Shown: piece by piece, positions 27,618 through 36,780 of the stretch
How the letters are laid out: each line of letters opens with the position of its first letter
Position numbering within the stretch: position 1 is the stretch's first letter
Sequence record: OR525702.1
From: Escherichia phage vB-Eco-KMB23
Strand: one strand, 5' to 3'
DNA: 64,000 nucleotides
Notes under the pieces: generated by a model
Database searches by the model: none
What the model was told of the DNA's origin: nothing
The model's input: only the letters and a program-made list of their open reading frames with translations
Translations under genes and position numbers: made by a program

Positions 27618-28155
27618 TTACTATTTCCAAAAGTTTATTATTTTTAAGGTAATTAGCCTTTTCTAGGACTTCAGAAGCATATTTAGAACCTGCTTTAACA
27701 TTCCATCCCGAATTATAAGAGGATATTGCTTTTCTTATATCGCCCTTATGTATATTTAACCAATAAGAAAGTTCAATGTACGCCCAGGAAGCTGAATTGG
27801 ATCGTTTATTCAACATTCTTTTTATTTCAGCATCGGTCATATTATAACCAAGTTCCTTAACTCTTGCTCGCATAGTAGGCAAATAATTTTGGAACATTCC
27901 GTAGGCGTGATGCTTTGGTTTAGATTTTAAATTAACTCCGCCAGAGCTTTCTTGCCATAAAATGGCTGCCATTATATGACCTAATCCGCTCTTGTGGATA
28001 TTTTTGTGTGTTTTATATTTTCCATCCTTAGAAAATTGTTCCCCGAATTGATACGCGTAACGCATGTTATCGAGTTGGACATTACTGAAAGTATGCTCGG
28101 AGCTATGTGCCATCATTGAAATGGCCAATAGACCAGCGAGTAGTGCTTTTCTCAT
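27610..28155 (-). CDS. Periplasmic lytic transglycosylase-like (SLT/GH23-like) protein
   Basis: Signal peptide MRKALLAGLLAISMMAHS; SLT motifs WQESSGG (catalytic ES), GMFQ, SYNSGW. Confidence 0.65.
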   Translation of the reverse strand: MRKALLAGLLAISMMAHSSEHTFSNVQLDNMRYAYQFGEQFSKDGKYKTHKNIHKSGLGHIMAAILWQESSGGVNLKSKPKHHAYGMFQNYLPTMRARVKELGYNMTDAEIKRMLNKRSNSASWAYIELSYWLNIHKGDIRKAISSYNSGWNVKAGSKYASEVLEKANYLKNNKLLEIVND

Positions 28156-28162
28156 GCTTACC

Positions 28163-28624
28163 TCATTGAGTTTTAATTACTGCTTTAGAAGCCTTTCCTG
28201 GTAAACGACGACTGTTGATAATTGCCATCCTGCATTGAAGCGACGGGTCTTTGAACTTCGCATTAGGTTTACAAACTGTAAATCCAAGCCAAAGATTTCC
28301 ATCTGTGATTTCTAAACGTCCAGGACGATATTCAACCCCATCAATAAAATCCTCGTCAATGTCAGGACGCGGAGGCATACTCAGGAATTCATTAACTTCT
28401 AAAACATGGTCTTTTATTTTATGGAATAATTCAAAAACGTATGTCTCATCAATCTCCCGTTGAATTGCGCGATCAAGAAGATGCTGAGAATATTTTAGAT
28501 GAAACGATGAGACTCCTGCTGCTTTTGATGCCTCACGAATCTCATTGTTAATTTGACGAAACTCCGACTCAAAGTGACGACGAAGCTTATTTCGACGGAT
28601 AAAAACTTCTGTATTGATAGTCAT
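28163..28624 (-). CDS. regB: Sequence-specific endoribonuclease RegB
   Basis: 153 aa as in T4 RegB; own early promoter and AAGAGGAG RBS upstream. Confidence 0.8.
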   Translation of the reverse strand: MTINTEVFIRRNKLRRHFESEFRQINNEIREASKAAGVSSFHLKYSQHLLDRAIQREIDETYVFELFHKIKDHVLEVNEFLSMPPRPDIDEDFIDGVEYRPGRLEITDGNLWLGFTVCKPNAKFKDPSLQCRMAIINSRRLPGKASKAVIKTQ

Positions 28625-28651
28625 GTTATTCTCCTCTTAACTGATAGAAAA

Positions 28652-28681
28652 ATTATACCACAGTCAAGAGGAAAAGTAAAC
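28652..28681 (-). promoter_or_regulatory. T4-type early promoter upstream of regB
   Basis: Minus strand GTTTAC, 18-nt spacer, TATAAT. Confidence 0.55.
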
Positions 28682-28683
28682 AA

Positions 28684-29004
28684 TTATTCTTTAAATCTAA
28701 TCAATTTATTCATAGACTTTGAAACTTCTGCACGAACCTCATGTAGATTTTTGAGCTGTTCAAGACGCTGCGTATAGTAAGCAATTTCATCTTCTTCGAG
28801 ACAGTCCTGTGAATCTTCTTTAAGATAACGTGCATAGTCCTGAAAAGCGTTACGAACTACTTCCTGAAAATCATCAAGACTTTGAATTTTCTTAGGAGCA
28901 GCAGATACACGACGAGGGGCAGTATAATACTCATAACCAAACCCTGCGCTTAATTGAGCCATTAGTATTTTTCCTCTGGTTGGAACACTGCACGACAAGC
29001 CCAC
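28684..29004 (-). CDS. Hypothetical protein, 106 aa
   Basis: ORF track. Confidence 0.5.
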   Translation of the reverse strand: MGLSCSVPTRGKILMAQLSAGFGYEYYTAPRRVSAAPKKIQSLDDFQEVVRNAFQDYARYLKEDSQDCLEEDEIAYYTQRLEQLKNLHEVRAEVSKSMNKLIRFKE

Positions 29005-29264
29005 ATACTGGCTTCTTTGAGTTTCGTTTTAGCAATAGTTAACTGATCGAGGCTTTCAGCATAATTCTTCGCGAGTTCATCATCTTCACAGCTATCAAAT
29101 GCTTCCCAAAATTCATCGTATAAAGCATCAAAGATAAGTCCTAAACGAACTTCAGCGTCTTTGATAGCATTCACTTTACTGATTTTCTCTTCGGTATGCG
29201 GCTTATAACCCTTAATATCTTCAATCATATTTGACTTCCTCACCAGTACATAAATCATATTCAA
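28962..29264 (-). CDS. Hypothetical acidic protein, 100 aa
   Basis: ORF track. Confidence 0.5.
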   Translation of the reverse strand: MNMIYVLVRKSNMIEDIKGYKPHTEEKISKVNAIKDAEVRLGLIFDALYDEFWEAFDSCEDDELAKNYAESLDQLTIAKTKLKEASMWACRAVFQPEEKY

Positions 29265-29442
29265 CTAAACGAATAGGTTCATGAATGCCATATCCCTGAA
29301 CAGAAATTTCTGTCGTGGGATAAATTCCATCAATATCACCCATATTCCAGGCTTCATTAAATTGCTGTTCGCCTGAATTACTAAACCACTCGGCGAAAGC
29401 ATTTAGCACATCTTCAGAACCTTCAATAATTATCTTTGCCAT
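29221..29442 (-). CDS. Hypothetical acidic protein, 73 aa
   Basis: ORF track. Confidence 0.45.
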   Translation of the reverse strand: MAKIIIEGSEDVLNAFAEWFSNSGEQQFNEAWNMGDIDGIYPTTEISVQGYGIHEPIRLVEYDLCTGEEVKYD

Positions 29443-29804
29443 TACAAACTCTCGGTGAAGGTACGAGCGATAACGTCGCGCTGCTGTTCCGGAGTCAGAG
29501 AGTTAAAGCGAACTGCATAACCGGATACACGGATGGTCAGCTGCGGATATTTTTCCGGATGCTTAACTGCATCTTCCAGAGTTTCACGACGCAGAACGTT
29601 AACGTTCAGGTGTTGACCACCTTCAATTTTAACTGTAGGTTGTGTTTCAATTTCAATTTCACGGGCATGCAAACCATAGAAAATTTCTGGGTCTACAAAA
29701 GAGTCCTCTTTAAAGGTTTTAGAGACAATAATTCGTGCTTGAATACCATCTTCAAAATAAATAGTACCTTTATGTGTGCCTTCAAGAATTTGATATGCTT
29801 TCAT
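29442..29804 (-). CDS. Autonomous glycyl-radical cofactor (GrcA/YfiD-like; T4 Y06I-like)
   Basis: C-terminal pyruvate-formate-lyase glycyl-radical motif [27 protein letters not shown]. Confidence 0.8.
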   Translation of the reverse strand: MKAYQILEGTHKGTIYFEDGIQARIIVSKTFKEDSFVDPEIFYGLHAREIEIETQPTVKIEGGQHLNVNVLRRETLEDAVKHPEKYPQLTIRVSGYAVRFNSLTPEQQRDVIARTFTESL

Positions 29805-29811
29805 ATAAACC

Positions 29812-30192
29812 TCAATTAGAAAATAAATTTATCCAAGATTGTTCTTTAATTAAAAACGGCTCAGAATCATATGCCATTAAACTTTGCGTAATTAATCCTT
29901 TAAAAGGTCCATCAATAAATTCCATGGTAAAATATGGAATTTTATTCATTAGCCGTGCATTAGGAGCAGTACATAAAACTCTGCATCCTTTGAATACACC
30001 TTTTTGTAATTTGTATTGCTTGGGATAAAATTCGCTCAAAATGTTATTATTTGCTAAAATTTCAAAATGATTCACCAATTTATTTTTAATAGTTTTTGGC
30101 GAAAAATAAAGATATTCGAAAAGTTGCGTATCTGTCATCATTGCATTCCAATTACGAAAAACTGCGGACGAGTAATACCACCAATACAGCAT
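29812..30192 (-). CDS. Hypothetical protein (start uncertain; overlaps upstream ORF)
   Basis: ORF track; 55-nt overlap with 30138..30731 in a different frame. Confidence 0.4.
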   Translation of the reverse strand: MLYWWYYSSAVFRNWNAMMTDTQLFEYLYFSPKTIKNKLVNHFEILANNNILSEFYPKQYKLQKGVFKGCRVLCTAPNARLMNKIPYFTMEFIDGPFKGLITQSLMAYDSEPFLIKEQSWINLFSN

Positions 30193-30731
30193 TTACTATT
30201 GCAGCAATATTGCACAGTTTCAATATGAATATCGTAAATTTTATCCATATCAGGAGATTTAACAGGCTCATCGATTATATACAAAATTCGAGAAAGCGAT
30301 AAACCTCTGAACTTGCTACCTCTATTACCAACAAAACTACGGACAGAATCAGTAAATAAACGGAATCGAATATCATCGCTAGAATAACGAGAAAATTCTT
30401 TTTTAATGCGGCCCACAGAAATTTTAGCGTAAGCTGAAGTATTAGAAAGAACAATAACTGTTCCACCATCATACAACCAATTAGCGGCAAAATTAGTTGC
30501 TGCAGTTGATTTACCGGATTGTCTGCCACCATCTAAACGAAGTGTACAATATTCTTTAAATAAATACGACGAATCAGGTACATAAAATCCACTATTACAA
30601 ATTTCTTCTACTCTAGCGTCAGAATGGTGTGTAAAAGCATTCATCAGGGATAGATAAGGACCAGTTAAAAATGTTCTCATGTTATTTCTCTTAAGGTTTT
30701 TGGGCCATTCCGTGGCGCATGAATTGTCCAT
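30138..30731 (-). CDS. Small P-loop NTPase-like protein
   Basis: Walker A DGGRQSGKST and Walker B-like LYIIDE. Confidence 0.5.
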   Translation of the reverse strand: MDNSCATEWPKNLKRNNMRTFLTGPYLSLMNAFTHHSDARVEEICNSGFYVPDSSYLFKEYCTLRLDGGRQSGKSTAATNFAANWLYDGGTVIVLSNTSAYAKISVGRIKKEFSRYSSDDIRFRLFTDSVRSFVGNRGSKFRGLSLSRILYIIDEPVKSPDMDKIYDIHIETVQYCCNSKCCIGGITRPQFFVIGMQ

Positions 30732-30824
30732 TTCTGTATTTACCCATTACCGCACTTGGGCTCGACCTTATTACAGGTTGGCGGGAATCCCTCATAGAAT
30801 CATGAGGTCCAGGTTGTTCCCATA

Positions 30825-31298
30825 TTATTTGAACGATTTAACGTACTGAATAGAACCTTTACTATTTACAAAGGCAATTTTACCATTTTTATTATACATT
30901 GTAGCAGTACGTTGATAGCCATAAGTTTGTTTACCAGATTGATAACCAACTAATGCAAAATTATCTTCACCCATTTTATTCTGTTTAGCGCGAATGCGTT
31001 CATGACCATGTGCCATAAGAACCTTAGCATCACCAGTTGCAATGGATCGACGAGTTTTTTCATCTTCAACTGTATTAACAAAGTCGTCAAATGAATCAAA
31101 TTTAGCATGAGATTTATTATACAGTTTTCCATCTACTGCATAATTATATCCTTGTACATCCATCTCAATTTCTGTACCATCATCCAATACAGCAGTAATT
31201 TTCTGTCCTTTTTTAAATTTCAAAAGATCAGTAAAAGATTCAGCAATAATTTGAGAATTAATAGCTGCTTCAGTGATAAATTCTTGATATGTTTTCAT
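30825..31298 (-). CDS. Internal (capsid-targeted, injected) protein, IPII/IPIII-class
   Basis: N-terminal capsid-targeting sequence MKTYQEFITEA (T4 IP consensus MKTYQEFIAE with prohead-protease site I-x-E); adjacent to e as ipII/ipIII are in T4. Confidence 0.7.
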   Translation of the reverse strand: MKTYQEFITEAAINSQIIAESFTDLLKFKKGQKITAVLDDGTEIEMDVQGYNYAVDGKLYNKSHAKFDSFDDFVNTVEDEKTRRSIATGDAKVLMAHGHERIRAKQNKMGEDNFALVGYQSGKQTYGYQRTATMYNKNGKIAFVNSKGSIQYVKSFK

Positions 31299-31351
31299 GT
31301 GTTTCCTTTAAATATTTTAATTAGTAATTTGTCTCTTCAAGCAACTGTGAA

Positions 31352-31382
31352 TATACTATCACAATTCTAGGAGAAAGTAAAC
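31352..31382 (-). promoter_or_regulatory. T4-type early promoter upstream of internal-protein gene
   Basis: Minus strand GTTTAC ... TAGTAT. Confidence 0.45.
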
Positions 31383-31386
31383 AACT

Positions 31387-31917
<531 letters not shown>

Positions 31918-32373
31918 TTAAAAGAGGCTGTTCATTATTCGGTAAAGTGAAGGACCCATCACATATTGCCACTGAGTACGAGGAATAAGAGCAAAAGCAT
32001 CCATCTCTGGAATCATAACGCCATCTTTATTTTCAAAATAAGACTCGCAATGGCAATTTCTGAACATCTCATGCTCTACTGGAATCGTATAATAAAATAA
32101 CTGTAAGTCTTTATTACTAGAATATTTAAATACACCTAGGTCTTCTAGAAGGTCTGGATTATAATTGCTAAAACCGGTCTCTTCTAAGCATTCTCTTTTT
32201 GCAGCTTCCAGTGCATTCAAATCAGAACTTTCTACACGGCCCTTTGGAATATCCCAACGATGTGCCATCATTCCAGGCTTACGAGAACCAGTAACCCGAC
32301 CCATAAATAAATCTTTATCTTCTGTCATAAAGATAATACCAGCTGATAGTGTTTTCATTTTAATTTCCTGCAT
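31918..32373 (-). CDS. nudE: Nudix hydrolase
   Basis: 151 aa; Nudix box GRVESSDLNALEAAKRECLEETG. Confidence 0.85.
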   Translation of the reverse strand: MQEIKMKTLSAGIIFMTEDKDLFMGRVTGSRKPGMMAHRWDIPKGRVESSDLNALEAAKRECLEETGFSNYNPDLLEDLGVFKYSSNKDLQLFYYTIPVEHEMFRNCHCESYFENKDGVMIPEMDAFALIPRTQWQYVMGPSLYRIMNSLF

Positions 32374-32843
32374 TCAGTGATAAAGTTATTTAAATTTTGA
32401 GTATATTTCTTTTCATCAAAAATCTTTTGTTGTCTGCGTAAACGCCATGGCATTTCAATGAACACGCACCACATTCCTGATAATATTGCTGCTGTCAAAA
32501 TATTAACAAGCATAATTAAAAGAATCCAATCTCCTGTTCTGCCTATTGGACTTTCACCAAAGAAGCAAAATACAAATGATGTCACAGGAAAACTAATGAT
32601 ATACCACAGAATCATAATCTTATTTGTAAACCAATCAGCGTTCGTTAGCTTAGCGCGACCATTATGAATACACACGAATTTATCATCTGTTATAATAGAT
32701 GGCTTAGCTGCTTGATATCCCATTCTAAACTCCCTAATCAACAAATTTTTCATATCTTCGGAACAACCATTCCAGTCAACTCTATTAACTGAAATGCCAT
32801 CATCCCCATCATCTAAATCATACCAGCGAGTTTTTAAAATCAT
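32355..32843 (-). CDS. Membrane protein, C-terminal CRKLK tail
   Basis: Two hydrophobic helices; C-terminus FITECRKLK. Confidence 0.5.
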   Translation of the reverse strand: MILKTRWYDLDDGDDGISVNRVDWNGCSEDMKNLLIREFRMGYQAAKPSIITDDKFVCIHNGRAKLTNADWFTNKIMILWYIISFPVTSFVFCFFGESPIGRTGDWILLIMLVNILTAAILSGMWCVFIEMPWRLRRQQKIFDEKKYTQNLNNFITECRKLK

Positions 32844-33202
32844 TTAATTTTCCTGCAATCACTCACAAACTCTTCCATTGATTCTTTTTCAATATAAGAC
32901 ATGTAGTTGTTATATTCCTTTAATTGTATTTTGTAATCCTTTTTTCTTTGCCAATTTATTTTAAAATTATCATAATGAAAATATAACATGGTACCAAAGA
33001 ATGAAAATAATGAAATAATTTTAGTATAGTGAAGTTCACTCCAAACTTCTATTATATTTACTGTGCCGTCAATGTTTAAAATAATACAGTCAATTAACAA
33101 TCCAAAAAGACTACCCGCAAGAGCTGCAGCCAACGCCACAGCAAAAATTAAAAATGACTCAGGAAGAGAATATTTGACTTTATTTAGTTTTGGCTTTTGC
33201 AT
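32840..33202 (-). CDS. Small 2-TM membrane protein, C-terminal CRKIK tail
   Basis: Hydrophobic helices LIFAVALAAALAGSLFGLLI and IISLFSFFGTMLYF; C-terminus EEFVSDCRKIK. Confidence 0.55.
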   Translation of the reverse strand: MQKPKLNKVKYSLPESFLIFAVALAAALAGSLFGLLIDCIILNIDGTVNIIEVWSELHYTKIISLFSFFGTMLYFHYDNFKINWQRKKDYKIQLKEYNNYMSYIEKESMEEFVSDCRKIK

Positions 33203-33576
33203 CGTGATTCCTTAACAAATTTCATAATTTCATCAAATTCATGTGCAGCAAGTTTAAGCTGATGTTCCTTTTTAATCTTTTTACACTGGGCTTTCCAATC
33301 ACGTACACGTTTACGATAGTGTCTTCCTTGATACCAGTATCCCACCCAATTTACAGGTACTAATAAAAATGGAACTATCATTGGAAGAATTAGTGTTGAC
33401 GCAAATATTACATTAGATTCAATATCAGTCATAACATCTATAACTATTCCAACCCCCAGTAGAATTACAAATGATACAGCTATTACAGGACCTATTAATA
33501 CATCAGTAGAAATTAGCTGGCGCTTTAATTCATACTTCAACGGTTTACTTGGAAGATACATTGATGGCTTTGACAT
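33184..33576 (-). CDS. Small 2-TM membrane protein, paralog of previous two
   Basis: Hydrophobic helices; C-terminal segment QCKKIKKEH...MKFVKESRCK. Confidence 0.55.
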   Translation of the reverse strand: MSKPSMYLPSKPLKYELKRQLISTDVLIGPVIAVSFVILLGVGIVIDVMTDIESNVIFASTLILPMIVPFLLVPVNWVGYWYQGRHYRKRVRDWKAQCKKIKKEHQLKLAAHEFDEIMKFVKESRCKSQN

Positions 33577-34159
33577 ATTCTCTACATTCCTTCACAAATT
33601 TTTCTAATAATAAATCGCTTTCAAAATTGGGATTTTCCACGAATTTATCAAAAAGATCATCAACAATAGTTAAGATATTCTTTTTACTAAGAATACGCTT
33701 ATTTTCATGCTTCGTTTCAGAATCAACTATAAGAGTAAAGAAATATTTCTTGCCCTGAAATTTTACAGTAGTATCAATATAGAATAAATTTGACTTTTGT
33801 AAATTACGTTTAAACCATGCATCACTTAAACTATAAACGCCAAGATAATCATAATCGTCGTTTAAATAACAGACCGTCCATTCAGGAGAAACAAAATCAG
33901 TAAATTCAACGTCAAAATCGCATGTTAATGAATGAATTGATTCAATACTGTTAATAAGTATTCCAGGACGTATTAAAGACTTTTTACCTCTAGAAAATCT
34001 TCCAGAAAGATTTTCATCAGTTTCATATGAAGAACCCCAATAATAATTACGTCCTTCTGCCATGCGTTTAAGAGCATTTAGTAATTGGTCTGGAACATCA
34101 ACCTGTCTTTGGAACTCTTCAAACATTGAATTAAAATCACTTTGCATTTTCATTTTCAT
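33545..34159 (-). CDS. Hypothetical protein, 204 aa
   Basis: ORF track. Confidence 0.55.
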   Translation of the reverse strand: MKMKMQSDFNSMFEEFQRQVDVPDQLLNALKRMAEGRNYYWGSSYETDENLSGRFSRGKKSLIRPGILINSIESIHSLTCDFDVEFTDFVSPEWTVCYLNDDYDYLGVYSLSDAWFKRNLQKSNLFYIDTTVKFQGKKYFFTLIVDSETKHENKRILSKKNILTIVDDLFDKFVENPNFESDLLLEKFVKECREYVKAINVSSK

Positions 34160-34180
34160 TCCTATTTACTCCAAGTAATA

Positions 34181-34194
34181 GGGGCCGAAGCCCC
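34181..34194 (-). terminator. GC-rich tetraloop stem-loop (RNA stability element or weak terminator)
   Basis: ggggccgaagcccc; no clear U-tract. Confidence 0.3.
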
Positions 34195-34200
34195 TTATCA

Positions 34201-34794
34201 TTATTTCAGAGAATTAATGTATTCCTGAACATCGGCAGAGGTAGTTTCAACCCCAGAAGTATTACCATTAAAGGTTTCAACTCGAGCAAGGGTATCTTCA
34301 ATATCAACCTTAGTCAGTGCTGCAATTTCAACTACATCATCTGCAGTACTAATTCCAAGGGCATTTGCTGCACGAGTTTCACGGATATATTCCAATTTAA
34401 CTGCAAGTTCTTGGCGAGCATCATCTAACTCAACTACTTTCTTGGCAATTTCAATTCGCATTTCAGCATAACCATCAGCTTTAGTAGTCAACTGCTCAGC
34501 TGTTCGACGATATAGTAAACCGAGTTTAGCATGCATTGTTACATCTTGACCTTCAGAAAGGAGCTTGCGAATTTCGCGCTCTTTTGATTCGGCCTGCTTA
34601 TTCTTTTCGACAATAAGTTCACGAATACGCTTTTCTTCGTTAATAGATTTAATGGAAGCAGTTTTTAGGTCTTTAATCTTATCAAGTAGTTTTGCTGCTG
34701 CAGCAGTATACTGTTCTTCAACAGATAGATTTTTAGCCATAGCAGAACCAAGTTTAGTGCGAATAAACTCAACAATTTTCTTCAGTGTGTTCAT
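34201..34794 (-). CDS. Coiled-coil protein with PspA/IM30-like character, 197 aa
   Basis: Long heptad-repeat helices; loose resemblance to PspA (e.g. [10 protein letters not shown] vs PspA DEAMARFESF); weak. Confidence 0.5.
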   Translation of the reverse strand: MNTLKKIVEFIRTKLGSAMAKNLSVEEQYTAAAAKLLDKIKDLKTASIKSINEEKRIRELIVEKNKQAESKEREIRKLLSEGQDVTMHAKLGLLYRRTAEQLTTKADGYAEMRIEIAKKVVELDDARQELAVKLEYIRETRAANALGISTADDVVEIAALTKVDIEDTLARVETFNGNTSGVETTSADVQEYINSLK

Positions 34795-34836
34795 AGTATT
34801 TCCTTAGGTTGATTAAAATTAAAATCCACAGAAAAA

Positions 34837-35370
34837 TTATATCATGCTATTTAAGAGATGTAAACTATTTTTAATTTTACAAATTCGTTCAGCTTCTTCA
34901 ACAGCGGCAGTGATAATGCTTTTAGCTATAGGAGTACTAATACTAGTAGCTTTTACACTTAACACGATTTCTTTATCTTTACCAGGCCAACCCCACGATT
35001 TTTCACCATGAGTGCCTTTAATTACAGCAGACACCTCAAGTGAGCATCCATTATCACATGTTTTTACATTAACAACCCAAGTGTCACTTTTCTCAACCGG
35101 TTTATCCCAGTAAATATTAAGAATACGTGGGACATCAAATTTAGCAGGGCAAATCTTAACAGTAAGACCTTCGCTTTCTAGCCAATTAATAAGAGGGCGT
35201 TCATACATGCGGCGATGTGGGCTTTGAACTCGACAAGCTTTGTACCCATTGCTTGCGGCTTCACTAAGCTCTTCTAATACCTGCTTTTGCATTATTGATA
35301 AGATACCATCAAAAGATTTTTCGGAAGTTTCATTCAGTTCGGTATAAAGAGACATAACAGTTTTCCTCAA
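34837..35370 (-). CDS. Hypothetical protein, 177 aa
   Basis: ORF track. Confidence 0.55.
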   Translation of the reverse strand: MRKTVMSLYTELNETSEKSFDGILSIMQKQVLEELSEAASNGYKACRVQSPHRRMYERPLINWLESEGLTVKICPAKFDVPRILNIYWDKPVEKSDTWVVNVKTCDNGCSLEVSAVIKGTHGEKSWGWPGKDKEIVLSVKATSISTPIAKSIITAAVEEAERICKIKNSLHLLNSMI

Positions 35371-35411
35371 ATTATAGGCTCATAATATCTCAATCATGAG
35401 CCTATGTAAAC

Positions 35412-35687
35412 TTATTTCATATTATTGAAATATTCTTCTGCAATTTCGTCGTTATCATGATAAACTTTAGAAGACAGTTTAACATAACCTTCAGCAGTGA
35501 ACATGTTAATCACAACCTTTACAGTATACCACTGACCATCTTCATTACCCATTACTGCGTAAGTTTCAAACATCGGATGATCAGGACCGATAACTTTAAT
35601 ATCATTCACTGTACGACCAAAATCTTCTGAAACACATTTCATAAAGAAGTTGAACAGTTCGCCGTAATTATCCATTTCATTCTCCAA
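35412..35687 (-). CDS. Hypothetical protein, 91 aa
   Basis: ORF track; early promoter immediately upstream. Confidence 0.5.
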   Translation of the reverse strand: MENEMDNYGELFNFFMKCVSEDFGRTVNDIKVIGPDHPMFETYAVMGNEDGQWYTVKVVINMFTAEGYVKLSSKVYHDNDEIAEEYFNNMK

Positions 35688-35718
35688 GTTGTTTTCTGTA
35701 TCAGTAGTTGATAGTTGT

Positions 35719-35748
35719 ATAGTACCATAGAAGAACAGGGATGTAAAC
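35719..35748 (-). promoter_or_regulatory. T4-type early promoter
   Basis: Minus strand aaaaaatttttcacaaaactGTTTACa ... TACTAT. Confidence 0.5.
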
Positions 35749-35881
35749 AGTTTTGTGAAAAATTTTTTAAAAAGTTTTGGGGAATTCTAGGGCAAGGAGG
35801 GGAAATTAAAGGATAGGATAATATATTATAAAGGGTAGAAACTAAATGATGCCTAGAGAGGCCTGGAAAGGCCTAGATACC

Positions 35882-35906
35882 AAAAAGCCCCAACCTTTTG
35901 GTCGGG
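35882..35906 (-). terminator. Rho-independent terminator
   Basis: Minus strand CCCGACC-AAAA-GGTTGGG then GCTTTTTG. Confidence 0.6.
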
Positions 35907-35916
35907 ACTAAGAATG

Positions 35917-36390
35917 TTATTTGATTTGTTTAGCAGACCAAATGCGGTCTTTAATAATTTTTTGGATGTCTTCAACATACTCGAGAGAATGAGCATGTGG
36001 GTTATCTTTAAAGCTATGAGCACGAGCTAGCTTTTGGCCTTCAGTTTTGATTACTAAAAGCTCTTTAAGGATAGCTTCATATTTGGAGATAATTCCTTTA
36101 ACGATATTTTTTTCTTGTGCGACTTTAGGATCTGCTTTAGGAGCAGGTTTACCCGAAGCCTTTGCAAAAGCAGCGCCAGTAGCAACTAAACTTTTCCAGG
36201 CCATACTAACTGCATTTCCCGTAAATCCTTCCGCTTTCATGTCGCGTGCGAACTGGAATCGTGATTCATCAGAAGCATCTTTGTAAGAATATTTACCCGC
36301 TGCAATGGCTGCTTTTGCGACAGCTTGAATTTCGGTGCTAGATGCTTCATTTAACACCGCTTCATTTAAAAATTGAGTATATGATTTCAT
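35917..36390 (-). CDS. Internal-protein-like (capsid-targeting sequence) protein, 157 aa
   Basis: N-terminus MKSYTQFLNEA resembles the IP capsid-targeting sequence with L-x-E cleavage motif; Ala/Lys-rich body. Confidence 0.6.
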   Translation of the reverse strand: MKSYTQFLNEAVLNEASSTEIQAVAKAAIAAGKYSYKDASDESRFQFARDMKAEGFTGNAVSMAWKSLVATGAAFAKASGKPAPKADPKVAQEKNIVKGIISKYEAILKELLVIKTEGQKLARAHSFKDNPHAHSLEYVEDIQKIIKDRIWSAKQIK

Positions 36391-36440
36391 CTTATTTCCT
36401 GTTTTAATTCGTGGTTTTAATATACTACTATATTTATACC

Positions 36441-36468
36441 AAAAAGCCCCAACCTTTCAGTCGGGGCT
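36441..36468 (-). terminator. Rho-independent terminator (homologous to the 35882-35906 element)
   Basis: Minus strand AGCCCCGAC-TGAAA-GGTTGGGGCT then TTTTT; ends the tRNA/small-RNA transcription unit. Confidence 0.6.
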
Positions 36469-36479
36469 AAGCCTTGCGG

Positions 36480-36780
36480 CAACCTTGTCGGGGTTCCACC
36501 TGCTAAGGCAAGTGTTTGTACGAAACGCCGGGATTCGAACCCGGTTATTAAGTAGTTGACGCTACTCAATATTTTAAAAGGCCATATCTCGACCATATCC
36601 GAACGTTCCGTCAAAAACGCTACTCGGTTTACGGCAAACATATTTCCTCGAATCGATAATTCGGTGCGCCGTTTCTGCTGTGATAGTAAAGAGCCAGAAC
36701 ACAGTAAAACTGTGGGAGGAAACTATACTCCAGGGAACATCAGTCCGACGACTTACCGGTAGCGACCCGGTTTCTTAGTA
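36480..36780 (-). ncRNA. Putative stable small RNA region (T4 species 1/2 RNA-like), partly tRNA-like
   Basis: Non-coding stretch between tRNA cluster and a strong terminator; contains a perfect T-arm-like CCGGGTTCGAATCCCGG (minus strand) but no canonical cloverleaf found by eye. Confidence 0.25.

Noticed and set aside
35838-35903. Possible 21-codon plus-strand ORF (MMPREAWKGLDTKKPQPFGRD) in the GC-rich spacer
   Set aside because: No RBS at appropriate spacing and it overlaps the minus-strand terminator hairpin; probably chance.
36417-36641. Minus-strand ORF 36417..36641 (74 aa)
   Set aside because: Runs through the terminator hairpin and the tRNA-like non-coding interval; more likely a non-coding RNA region.
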